The position numbers and the translations under genes are program-made. The notes beneath the pieces are model-generated. The model was not told where the DNA came from. It saw only the letters and a list, made by a program, of their open reading frames with translations, and ran no database searches. This document shows, one piece after another, positions 21,422 to 31,860 of a stretch of 34,458 nt of DNA. How positions within the stretch are numbered: position 1 is the stretch's first letter; the number at the start of each line of letters is the position of its first letter. Origin of the DNA: Nemertoderma westbladi (Eukaryota > Animalia > Xenacoelomorpha); contig JAUCBJ010005818.1 in NCBI GenBank assembly GCA_032718475.1, positions 1 to 34,458 of the forward strand, written 5' to 3'.

Positions 21422-21883
21422 ATTTAAATGTACTTTTTTATATTTACAACAAATTCTTCTGAAGTCTGCCCACATATTAGACCGTCACAGTAAATCTCTT
21501 GGGTAATGGAATGCAAGCAGTATAGTAAAGCTTTACTTACATAATTGTAAGTCACAATATATAATTAATTATAGCAAATTACAAACAGCTGCAATATATG
21601 GTGGGTCATATCAGGAACGTAATAACAATGTCGTAGTAATTCATATATTTATTTATATTATTTGTATAGCGTGATAATAATATTACTGATTAACATCCAA
21701 TATGCATTGCTGTATGTCACCAACATTAATAGGCAAACATTAATTATTTATGTTTCAATAAAATTAAAATAGTTCTATATATCAAAGAGCCCCCGTAACC
21801 TATTTCAGTACAAAATAGTCTAAGAAACTATTAACCTCAATAAATATAAACAATTTAATATTATTAACTAATTTGAGATTATT

Positions 21884-22540
21884 ATGACCTCTAAACCTGT
21901 TCTGTACTCTTACTACCGCAGTTCTTGTTCATATCGTGTGCGAATCGCCCTCAATATAAAAGGAATAGATTACGATTACCGACCAGTTAATATGCTCAAA
22001 GATGGTGGGGAACAGTACACAGATGGATTCTCTGAGCTTAACCCAATGAAACAGGTTCCAGTGTTGATAGACAAGGGTCACACACTCACCCAATCACTGC
22101 CAATTATCGAATATCTGGAGGAAACACGTGAGGGGCCTAAACTTCTTCCAGAAGACCCGCTGTCGCGCGCCACCGTGCGGCAAGTTGCTGAAATAATAGC
22201 GGCAGGTATTCAACCGATACAAAATCTTAAAGTAATCCGCAAGGTGGTGCAATTAACTGGAAGGGAAGATGTGAAACCAGAATGGGGTAACCATTGGATA
22301 GATGAAGGATTTAAAGCTTTGGAGGTGATTCTTATTAGTTGTTCTGGAATGTATTGTGTTGGAGACAGTCTCTCATTGGCTGATGTGTGTTTGGTTCCTC
22401 AGGTGTACAACGCTTTACGCTACAAGGTGGATATGGAAAAATTCCCGGTTATAAAACGTATAAATGAGAAGCTAAAAAAGTTGAAACCTTTTATAGATGC
22501 CAGTCCAGATCGACAACCGGACTGCCCGAAAGGGGTATAA
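21884..22540 (+). CDS. GSTZ1: Glutathione S-transferase zeta / maleylacetoacetate isomerase (218 aa, intronless)
   Basis: Zeta signature LYSYYRSSCSYRVRIAL, plus LNPMKQVP, LTQSLPIIEYLEE, GIQPIQNL, SLADVCLVPQVYNA and terminal PDRQPDCP; full length and uninterrupted. Confidence 0.96.
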   Translation: MTSKPVLYSYYRSSCSYRVRIALNIKGIDYDYRPVNMLKDGGEQYTDGFSELNPMKQVPVLIDKGHTLTQSLPIIEYLEETREGPKLLPEDPLSRATVRQVAEIIAAGIQPIQNLKVIRKVVQLTGREDVKPEWGNHWIDEGFKALEVILISCSGMYCVGDSLSLADVCLVPQVYNALRYKVDMEKFPVIKRINEKLKKLKPFIDASPDRQPDCPKGV

Positions 22541-23119
22541 TGCAATACAATTATTATTAATTGTAAAAGACTCGAAGACACTCATTTAATTATACATAAT
22601 TTCATGTTTTTTTGTTGTTTACAAAAAGTTTAAAAACTTTTAGAATCGGTTAGTATCTGGGTAAAAAACAAATTGGTAACGATACACTCAAAAGAACCAC
22701 CTAAAATAACAATTGAGTAATTTATTAATTGATTTAACATTTTTCCAATCAGCCAACAAAGTGATATGATAATAATGTAGTTATTAATCGTAAAACCGTG
22801 CTCATCCGTAAAATCGTAACCAGTGACAACCAATCAGTTGAATCTAAAATTATAGACGTGTGGAGGCAATGATAGATTAGGTACATAGATTTGCGCACTT
22901 TGGCAATTTATAAGTTCAAGGCGAAATATCTTAACACTGACATTAGACGATCACAGTGGAAGTCTGCATTCACGGTATATAGTATTGTTGAAGATTCAGT
23001 TTCATTTTAATTGATTTCAGCTGTGAGTTGAGTCGATTTTCCCCTGAAGGCTGAAGAAGGATTAATTTTGAATGCGTCGTGAAACAAACAAAGTCCAATA
23101 AACCTGGCATTAAGAGTTG

Positions 23120-24626
23120 AGGGGAAAGCCCCCTACTAAAGGGGAAAGCCCCCTACTAAAGGGGAAAGCCCCCTACTAAAGGGGAAAGCCCCCTACTAAA
23201 GGGGAAAGCCTCCTACTAAAGGGGAAAGCCCCCTACTAAAGGAGAAAGCCTCCTAGTAAAGGGGAAAGTCCCCTACTAAAGGGGAAAGCCCCCTACTAAA
23301 GGGGAAAGTCCCCTACTAAAGGGGAAAGCCCCCTACTAAAGGGGAAAGTCCCCTACTAAAGGGGAAAGCCCCCTACTAAAGGGGAAAGCCCCCTACTAAA
23401 GGGGGAAGTCCCCTACTAAAGGGGAAAGTCCCCTACTAAAGGGGAAAGCCCCCTACTAAAGGGGAAAGTCCCCTACTAAAGGGAAAAGCCCCCTACCAAA
23501 GGGGAAAGCCCCCTACTAAAGGGGAAAGTCCCCTACTAAAGGGGAAAGCCCCCTACTAAAGGGGGAAGTCCCCTACTAAAGGGGAAAGCCCCCTACTAAA
23601 GGGGAAAGCCCCCTACTAAAGGGGAAAGCCCCCTACTAAAGGGGAAAGTCCCCTACTAAAGGGGAAAGCCCCCTACTAAAGGGGAAAGCCCCCTACTAAA
23701 GGGGAAAGGCCCCTACTAAAGGGGAAAGCCCCCTACTAAAGGGGAAAGCCCCCTACTAAAGGGGAAAGCCCCCTACTAAAGGGGAAAGTCCCCTACTAAA
23801 GGGGAAAGTCCCCTACTAAAGGGAAAAGCCCCCTACTAAAGGGGAAAGTCCCCTAGTAAAGGGGAAAGCCTCCTACTAAAGGGGAAAGCCCCCCACTAAA
23901 GGGGAAAGCCCCCTACTAAAGGGGAAAGCCTCCTACTAAAGGGGAAAGCCCCCTACTAAAGGGGAAAGCCCCCTACTAAAGGGGAAGGCCCCCTACTAAA
24001 GGGGAAAGCCCCCTACTAAAGGGGAAAGCCCCCTACTAAAGGGGAAAGTCCCCTAGTAAAGGGGAAAGCCTCCTACTAAAGGGGAAAGCCCCCTACTAAA
24101 GGGGAAAGCCCCCTACTAAAGGGGAAAGCGCCCTACTAAAGGGGAAAGTCCCCTACTAAAGGGAAAAGCCCCCTACTAAAGGGGAAAGCCCCCTACTAAA
24201 GGAGAAAGCCCCCTACTAAAGGGGAAAGCCCCCTACTAAAGGGGAAAGCCCCCTACTAAAGGGGAAAGCCCCCCTACTAAAGGGGAAAGCCTCCTACTAA
24301 AGGGGAAAGCCCCCTACTAAAGGGGGAAGCCTCCTACTAAAGGGGAAAGCCCCCTACTAAAGGGGAAAGCCACCCCACTAAAGGGGAAAGCCCCCTACGT
24401 AAGGGGAAAGCCCCCTACTAAAGGGGAAAGCCCCCTACTTAAGGGGAAAGCCCCCCTACTAAAGGGGAAAGCCCCCCTACTAAAGGGGAAAACCCCCTAC
24501 TAAAGGGGAAAGCCCCCTACTTAAGGGGAAAGCCCCCCTACTAAAGGGGAAAGCCCCCCTACTAAAGGGGAAAACCCCCTTCTAAAGGGGAAAGCCCCCT
24601 ACTTAAGGGGAAAGCCTCCTACTAAA
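23120..24626. repeat. 20-bp minisatellite, about 75 copies
   Basis: Unit AAAGGGGAAAGCCCCCTACT, in exact register until about 24270 and then with C-run length variants. Confidence 0.97.
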
Positions 24627-25344
24627 GACCCCCTATGTCCCTAATCTGTACAAGAAAATAATCAATAGATGCAAAACACGCATTCTGAAAAAATAATCAG
24701 TTTTATTTTTTACTGGTTGTCTCGGTAGTGTGTTGATGAAGAGCTGCCGCACTGCGGTAGGTTTGTCCCTTTTGTTTCGATACCTGATCCAGAGGTAATG
24801 CAGCTTGGCTTCGTATAATGCTCTAACTAATAACAGAGTTTCCAGAAGGTTCCAGAAGATACCTATCTATCTATTACCATCAAAAGCTATGACTGGTATA
24901 AACTCATAAGTACCGTACTACTGCGATATTATACAAGGAAAATAATTTCATGCCATATGTTATGGAGCTAGTCATTTCAATAATAATGCCTGTAGTGCAA
25001 TTGTATTCCTTCAATCGACACTCTTTTAATAAAGTTTACGCAAGGGAAATATAATATGATGTCAATATAGTTAGAGCTACTGCACAATCATTTCCCAACC
25101 ATGTGCTTTCCTCTACTCTTATGTCAGGTTTACAGGACTTTGTTTCTTCCACAATTGCGAACTTTGTACGTTACAGTTGTTATCAATCTTTATTTTCATG
25201 GTGAACCAGCACTCCCTGCCTATATCTTTCATGAATTATACTCTTTTCATTAATAATATATTAATTAGTAAAAGGTGTTTGAATTAGGCCATATAATTAA
25301 TTATTGTTTCATTAATATTTTATAGCAGTCAAATAAAACTGTTT

Positions 25345-25419
25345 GTACCTGAAAGTCAGAAAGGGCATTGTACCATATCTACAGTCAGTGGTACAATGCC
25401 CTTTCTGACTTTCAGGTAC
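25345..25419. repeat. Perfect 31-bp inverted repeat with 13-nt loop
   Basis: GTACCTGAAAGTCAGAAAGGGCATTGTACCA (25345-25375) is the exact reverse complement of 25389-25419. Confidence 0.9.
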
Positions 25420-25423
25420 TAAC

Positions 25424-25548
25424 AAAAAAATATCTCAAACATGACATCATGGAGATCATCTTGTCTCACTGATCAATGCTGGAGGTTACTGTATATTCTA
25501 CAGTAGCCTCCAGCATTGATCAGTGATGTAATGTTTGAGCTATTTTTT
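25424..25548. repeat. Second long inverted repeat (28-bp core with one G-U, 5-nt loop, extended basal stem)
   Basis: TCACTGATCAATGCTGGAGGTTACTGTA (25466-25493) pairs with 25499-25526. AAAAAATATCTCAAACATGACATCA pairs imperfectly with TGATGTAATGTTTGAGCTATTTTTT beyond a ~19-nt bulge in the left arm. Confidence 0.88.
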
Positions 25549-25824
25549 ATGTATGTATGTAGGAGAACTGTTGGGATGTTGTATGTTAAAATGACATAGT
25601 GTGGTGGGCCATAACTCATAGCAGCAGTTGACGCCATGCCAGTTCCTATCAATTGTAAGGAATGAGTACCTTTTTTTGAGGAAGTTGTATTAATGCTGTT
25701 GTTACTGCAAGAGGAGGTTTCGCTTTAACCTATGGTCTTAATTTATTACATTCATTCATAAAGGATATGACAATTTTGTAGCCGAAATGACTCTGATTCT
25801 ACAGTCTTCATGGCAGTACCTGCA

Positions 25825-26076
25825 CTAAGTGCAACACTCATGTGATAAAATTGGATTATAATTATTCTAAGTGCAACACTCATGTGATAAAATTTGATTA
25901 TAATTATCCTAAGTGCAACACTCATGTGATAAAATTGGATTATAATTATCCTAAGTGCAACACTCATGTGATAAAATTGGATTATAATTATCCTAAGTGC
26001 AACACTCATGTGATAAAATTGGATTATAATTATCCTAAGTGCAACACTCATGTGATAAAATTGGATTATAATTATC
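25825..26076. repeat. 42-bp tandem repeat, 6 copies
   Basis: Unit CTAAGTGCAACACTCATGTGATAAAATTGGATTATAATTATC starting at 25825, 25867, 25909, 25951, 25993 and 26035. Confidence 0.96.
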
Positions 26077-27049
26077 ATATAGGATGCAATTTTTTTTACT
26101 GGATGAACTAAACACAATCAGCTAAGCGGTTTGGCTTCTCTACCTCTCAGAAACCATTCCAAGCAATGCCTCTGAGGTATGTATAGCAAGATGATTTTGG
26201 CATGACAGAAGGGATATATACCCCATAAACTCAATTTATTTTACAGCCAAATCTATATAGAAACCTTATAGTCTATGCAGAGTTTAAGATGGTTTTGGCC
26301 ACCAAAAATAATAAAAATCCTACCACAGGACAAGCATTTACTGTCATCATCTTACCTACTACTTGATAATCCCCAATAGCAAACTAAGTAACCTCCTTAG
26401 TTTATTTTTAACTACATTTAAACAAAATAATAATGTATCACAAATCAAGATATTAATTATAATAGCTTTTATAGATTAAAATAAATCTATTTTTCATATA
26501 GTATTTTACAAAGGGGCCCTTCTCTACACACCCTAGCTTATTTGGATCGATTACTCGCAATACCAAACTTACATGAGAACTATCAGTAATTTTCCTATAC
26601 GTAAATGTTTTTTTCATAAAGAATTAAATCGTCCTATAATGATGTACCATAACCATTTTACTGGTATTTTTTATCAATGCTGCTTTTAATTCCTGCTCTA
26701 TGCAAAATTAAGCATTAAACGAAACCTGCATTCAGTGGCCTACCATAACACATATTGTTATGATCTTCACATAATATTAGAGAAAGATTTAAACAATGTA
26801 AAAATATAATCATTTAAATATAACATTCATCGCAAAAACCACCAACACGTATATTTATCCATGGATCGATATTTCATTGATAGAGGCGATTAGTTCGCTT
26901 TTAAATAAAAGGTCATGCGAACAGAATTGTGAAATTCTCATGCACCGATTTTTCTCTCTTTTTACAATACAATTTTCATAATATTTCCTTAGGAACCTCT
27001 TATGCTGATTTGCCATTCTAATTTGATTTGATTGCTTTCTACTTCTATT

Positions 27050-28190
27050 AGGTCAAGTAAGCTTAGAAAGTAGACATGAGTTCAGTCCAGTCTTCCCTAA
27101 TCTCCATGGTAATTCCAATTTCATTTCTTACAAGTTGGTCTATAGATGTCATATGTAAGTTTTCTATGGCAATGCATACTTGTGTTTGTTGCCAGAAAAG
27201 AAGATCAGGTGCCACCTAATTTTAGATACAGTGCTGGTATTATACCGTAAAGCTGGGGTGTCAGGGGTTACATCAGCTGGACACATGACAAACACTGTGT
27301 CATGGGATATGCTGGTGTATACTTTGGCATCCCAAAAAGCAAAACGCCACACAATAAGCCATCAACCATTTTACACCAATCATTAAGGTGTTGCTATACA
27401 ATAATATAAGGTTAGCAATCCTCATATTGTAACCAAAAGGTGCTAATGTGAAGCACCACCAGATGTTGTGCAAGCTAACAATCTGGTACAGTACCTAATT
27501 TATCTGTTAATGAATTCATTTGTTCATGAAATCTGTCTTTGTAGCATTTACATTCATTCCAACCTCCTTAACAGGCTCTCCGCTTTGTTCAGTAGAAGAT
27601 TGCATCTCTAGTGGATTAGAAATCAGGGCTATGTCATCTACTGCAAAGCTGGTGGTGCCTGTGACTTGTAATTATATCTGCTTCTTCTATGTTCTTGTAG
27701 TAGGCCTATGAACCCAAGATCTCCAGTGTGAACCCCAGCTGCCCTTGTAATACAATATAATTATGAATAGTCATAGGAACTCAGTTTCACCATCCTGTGA
27801 GATTTCCTGAGCTTCTGTGTCACAATATAACAAACAAATGCGAGTAACAATTACTTCTGGTATTCCAACAAGGAGACTGATCCCATGGTAGTTTGCTGGA
27901 ATACTGAAGTTTCCTTTCTTGGGGAATCGCTTTAGATGACTTTTAGTCCAAATTGATGACCTTCTCCTTTCAACATCAAGTTGCAAACATCCAATAATGG
28001 TATGTTCAGCCTCCTGTTTTCCACACTTTTGCAGAGATTTCATTGGCTTTGTGATTGGAGATGCTTATCTGTTGTAGTTAGGCAGTGGTGCAAATTTCCC
28101 TGTTTCTATATGTACCATAGTTTCCTCATGTATTTTCCTTGTAGGGGTGACCTCGATGTTTGGTGGCTACACAGTACACAAGCAAGTTGA
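27050..28190 (-). mobile_element. Old, heavily degraded RTE-clade LINE
   Basis: Minus-strand fragments occur in the expected order: SIWTKSH...FPKKGNFSIPANYHGISLL (~27870-27955); SFAVDDIALIS...KEVGMNVNATKTDFMN (~27523-27650, degenerate FADD region); LYGIIPA...PDLLFWQQT...TSIDQL (~27130-27255). The last parallels LYGTIPP...PDLLLWQPT...TYIDQL in the 21-kb RTE copy. Boundaries are approximate. Confidence 0.72.
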
Positions 28191-28296
28191 TGAATACTGA
28201 TCATGAGAACATTGTTGTTTTGGCCTGCCTATATATTTAATACATTTATGTTAAGTTTATTTAACACCACTGCATACTGGACTGCTACATTGCACC

Positions 28297-31200
28297 ATGG
28301 ATATGATGTCGGTGACTAACCCGCATATCGGCCCAAGTGGAGGTACCTCAACATTACAGGAAGTATGTTATACCAAAGTGGTCAGGACATTGGTGAAACT
28401 AATTGTGAATGCAGAATATAGGAAAGTTCGTTATGATGCTCATTATCCTCTTGTTGCCGCTGTCAATAACTGGCTGGCAATCAGTGTTGCACCCAAACTT
28501 CTGATGATCATGAGAAAATATATACTACGTTCTTATATATTGGCATTTAATCAGCTGCAACTTATATATATATATCAATCTCATAACCAAAAACGTACTT
28601 TAACTTTGGGGCACATTATGGAATCCTATAAAAATATATTCATAGCGCTATGTTTCTTTCCTCTTGACATCACGGTAGTTGATGTTGAAGTCTTTGGAGA
28701 ACAATTTACCAAAGAGATAATTGAGAAACTATTAGGATGGGTCCCCTTAATGTCTCTAGGGTTGAGATATTTGGATTTGGATGAAGCACCATATAGCTTG
28801 ATATGGGGGTGTACTTTGTTCAGTGGAGTTAAATACCATCAACTTACCACTCTGAAGATAAGATGGAAGAATGACAATATAGTCAACATTATCGCACAAT
28901 CCTGTCCCAACCTGGTAACTTTGTGCATTCCCTATTCATACATCACCTTTACAGCATTTTGTTGTCTTTCCCAACTAGAAAGTTTGCAGACTTTGGACGT
29001 AAGACGTTGTGTGGAAATATATGTTGAAGATCTGATTAATTTGCAGGAATTATTACCAGGTGTTTCTATCGTTACAGATACAAGGAATACAATGGAATTA
29101 CTAATGGGTTTAATTCAGCGTGATATTAACCCAACCAATACAAATTTCAGCTTTAATGATTTTACTTTAAAATATGACGATGGTGGTACTTGGGGTGCTA
29201 TATCTGCTACTAGTCCTACTGTCACTGCTACACCTACTGGATCTATATCTGCTACTAGTCCTACTGTCACTGCTACACCTACTGGATCTATATCTGCTAC
29301 TAGTCCTACTGTCACTGCTACACCTACTGGATCTATATCTGCTACTAGTCCTACTGTCACTGCTACACCTACTGGATCTATATCTGCTACTAGTCCTACT
29401 GTCACTGCTACACCTACTGGATCTATATCTGCTACTAGTCCTACTGTCACTGCTACACCTACTGGATCTATATCTGCTACTGGTCCTACTGTCACTGCTA
29501 CACCTACAGGATCTATATCTGCTACTGGTCCTACTGTCACTGCTACACCTACTGGATCTATATCTGCTACTGGTCCTACTGTCACTGCTACACCTACAGG
29601 ATCTATATCTGCTACTAGTCCTACTGTCACTGCTACACCTACTGGATCTATATCTGCTACTAGTCCTACTGTCACTGCTACACCTACTGGATCTATATCT
29701 GCTACTAGTCCTACTGTCACTGCTACACCTACTGGATCTATATCTGCTACTAGTCCTACTGTCACTGCTACACCTACTGGATCTATATCTGCTACTAGTC
29801 CTACTGTCACTGCTACACCTACTGGATCTATATCTGCTACTAGTCCTACTGTCACTGCTACACCTACAGGATCTATATCTGCTACTAGTCCTACTGTCAC
29901 TGCTACACCTACAGGATCTATATCTGCTACTAGTCCTACTGTCACTGCTACACCTACAGGATCTATATCTGCTACTGGTCCTACTGTCACTGCTACACCT
30001 ACAGGATCTATATCTGCTACTAGTCCTACTGTCACTGCTACACCTACTGGATCTATATCTGCTACTGGTCCTACTGTCACTGCTACACCTACAGGATCTA
30101 TATCTGCTACTGGTCCTACTGTCACTGCTACACCTACAGGATCTATATCTGCTACTAGTCCTACTGTCACTGCTACACCTACTGGATCTATATCTGCTAC
30201 TAGTCCTACTGTCACTGCTACACCTACAGGATCTATATCTGCTACTAGTCCTACTGTCACTGCTACACCTACTGGATCTATATCTGCTACTAGTCCTACT
30301 GTCACTGCTACACCTACAGGATCTATATCTGCTACTAGTCCTACTGTCACTGCTACACCTACTGGATCTATATCTGCTACTAGTCCTACTGTCACTGCTA
30401 CACCTACAGGATCTATATCTGCTACTAGTCCTACTGTCACTGCTACACCTACTGGATCTATATCTGCTACTAGTCCTACTGTCACTGCTACACCTACAGG
30501 ATCTATATCTGCTACTAGTCCTACTGTCACTGCTACACCTACAGGATCTATATCTGCTACTGGTCCTACTGTCACTGCTACACCTACTGGATCTATATCT
30601 GCTACTGGTCCTACTGTCACTGCTACACCTACTGGATCTATATCTGCTACTGGTCCTACTGTCACTGCTACACCTACTGGATCTATATCTGCTACTGGTC
30701 CTACTGTCACTGCTACACCTACAGGATCTATATCTGACCAACTTAAAGATTTCCTTCTCCCCCACTGCAAGAATACAGTTGAGAGTTTAGTTCTAGATTT
30801 GAGCCGGAATCGGAAATGGCAAACATCACAGTCACACCTTGAACATCAATTATTTTATCAACTTCAAGACTTTGGGAACTTAAAGTTTTTGCATTTTAAT
30901 TCCCTCAATGTTGATCAATTTATTTCAGATGCCGTAAACAATGGAGTTTCTTTACCCAAGGTCTATTGTGTTGAGTTGGCCCATTGTGATGTTTCATTGG
31001 TTGATTTTGATAGAATGTTCCCAAATTTAAAGGAATTGACTCTACAGTATTTCCCAAATGCTGTAGATCACGCCCACCTCCCACGAATGCACACTGTTGA
31101 GACTCTTGATATAACTGTACGGACATACAGGTCACTTTTCATAGCCCTTAATTGCTTCCCTTTTTTGAGCAAACTATTAATTACATTGGAGTCGAGATCC

Positions 31201-31386
31201 TTTATCCCGGAAGTGACTAAAGGAGTGGTTCTAGCTGATATGGAGAAGTTGTTTGCTTCAGGAAATCTCATTGAAGGATTAAAAAGATTCCAGATAAGTA
31301 GTGGAGGATGGGGTACTGAGGGGTATATTGTGCGGTTTATGCGTAATATGTTTCAGAAACGATGTAAATACTTAATTAATGGATAA
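28297..31386 (+). CDS. Uncharacterised LRR-like protein with N-terminal BC-box-like motif and central S/T/P-rich repeat (1029 aa)
   Basis: Long uninterrupted ORF with ~300 aa and ~215 aa of non-repetitive sequence flanking the repeat in the same frame. AMN1/FBXL-type LRR motifs: LRYLDL, HQLTTLKI, IAQSCPNLVTLCI, LSQLESLQTLDVRRC, FGNLKFLHF, MFPNLKELTL, FPFLSKLLI. STLQEVC lies near the N-terminus; no obvious signal peptide. Confidence 0.78.
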   Translation: MDMMSVTNPHIGPSGGTSTLQEVCYTKVVRTLVKLIVNAEYRKVRYDAHYPLVAAVNNWLAISVAPKLLMIMRKYILRSYILAFNQLQLIYIYQSHNQKRTLTLGHIMESYKNIFIALCFFPLDITVVDVEVFGEQFTKEIIEKLLGWVPLMSLGLRYLDLDEAPYSLIWGCTLFSGVKYHQLTTLKIRWKNDNIVNIIAQSCPNLVTLCIPYSYITFTAFCCLSQLESLQTLDVRRCVEIYVEDLINLQELLPGVSIVTDTRNTMELLMGLIQRDINPTNTNFSFNDFTLKYDDGGTWGAISATSPTVTATPTGSISATSPTVTATPTGSISATSPTVTATPTGSISATSPTVTATPTGSISATSPTVTATPTGSISATSPTVTATPTGSISATGPTVTATPTGSISATGPTVTATPTGSISATGPTVTATPTGSISATSPTVTATPTGSISATSPTVTATPTGSISATSPTVTATPTGSISATSPTVTATPTGSISATSPTVTATPTGSISATSPTVTATPTGSISATSPTVTATPTGSISATSPTVTATPTGSISATGPTVTATPTGSISATSPTVTATPTGSISATGPTVTATPTGSISATGPTVTATPTGSISATSPTVTATPTGSISATSPTVTATPTGSISATSPTVTATPTGSISATSPTVTATPTGSISATSPTVTATPTGSISATSPTVTATPTGSISATSPTVTATPTGSISATSPTVTATPTGSISATSPTVTATPTGSISATGPTVTATPTGSISATGPTVTATPTGSISATGPTVTATPTGSISATGPTVTATPTGSISDQLKDFLLPHCKNTVESLVLDLSRNRKWQTSQSHLEHQLFYQLQDFGNLKFLHFNSLNVDQFISDAVNNGVSLPKVYCVELAHCDVSLVDFDRMFPNLKELTLQYFPNAVDHAHLPRMHTVETLDITVRTYRSLFIALNCFPFLSKLLITLESRSFIPEVTKGVVLADMEKLFASGNLIEGLKRFQISSGGWGTEGYIVRFMRNMFQKRCKYLING
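29200..30735 (+). repeat. 45-bp coding tandem repeat, 34 full copies (ISATSPTVTATPTGS)
   Basis: Unit ATATCTGCTACT(A/G)GTCCTACTGTCACTGCTACACCTAC(T/A)GGATCT; (30730-29200)/45 = 34; only two variable positions seen. Confidence 0.98.
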
Positions 31387-31819
31387 TAAAGTATTTCCCG
31401 AACTGAACAATCTATGATATAATTTTCCATAATAATTATTATGACACATAAGAAATAGACATTTATAGACCCTTAATTAAAAGTCAATTATCAATTAAAG
31501 TTAAAGTTTAACACCTAGTTTATTAGTTTGTTATAATTTAATTTTCTCCATTAGATCTAATAATAGTTGTTACATAATTGAATCATTTTATTGAATATTA
31601 ATTATTATTTTATTGTCCATTTTACTCACTTTGAAATCATTGATGTTTTAACTCATTTAGCGCTTGTCCTTTAAACCCATATTTTAATTTAGAGAATGGT
31701 TTTTTTTATATTTCAATATATATGTGATTCTAAGTTCATATTTTTCTGAATTTATGGGTCCCAGATTGGACTCTTGGAATCCACTTTCTTTTGATTTTTT
31801 CATACGACTTACTGTAAGC

Positions 31820-31860
31820 GGATTCAATTCCCTGCACGGGTAGTGCAGGGAATTGAATCC
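31820..31860. repeat. Perfect 18-bp inverted repeat with 5-nt loop
   Basis: GGATTCAATTCCCTGCAC-GGGTA-GTGCAGGGAATTGAATCC. Confidence 0.85.

Noticed and set aside
21422-21475. Start of the 179-aa minus-strand ORF as a real N-terminus
   Set aside because: It lies in or beyond the TSD, so it is flanking DNA fortuitously in frame with the truncated RTE.
25752-26117. ORFs on both strands over the 42-bp repeat
   Set aside because: Repeat-derived, with no recognisable domain or non-repetitive coding flanks.
29186-30724. 45-bp array as an intron of the LRR gene
   Set aside because: Only a weak donor (GTACTT) and no polypyrimidine tract before candidate AGs; the frame is preserved without splicing. 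Not fully excluded without cDNA.
29115-30790. Three alternative 530-550 aa ORFs over the 45-bp repeat
   Set aside because: They are open only because the unit lacks stops in those frames, and they close soon after leaving the array.
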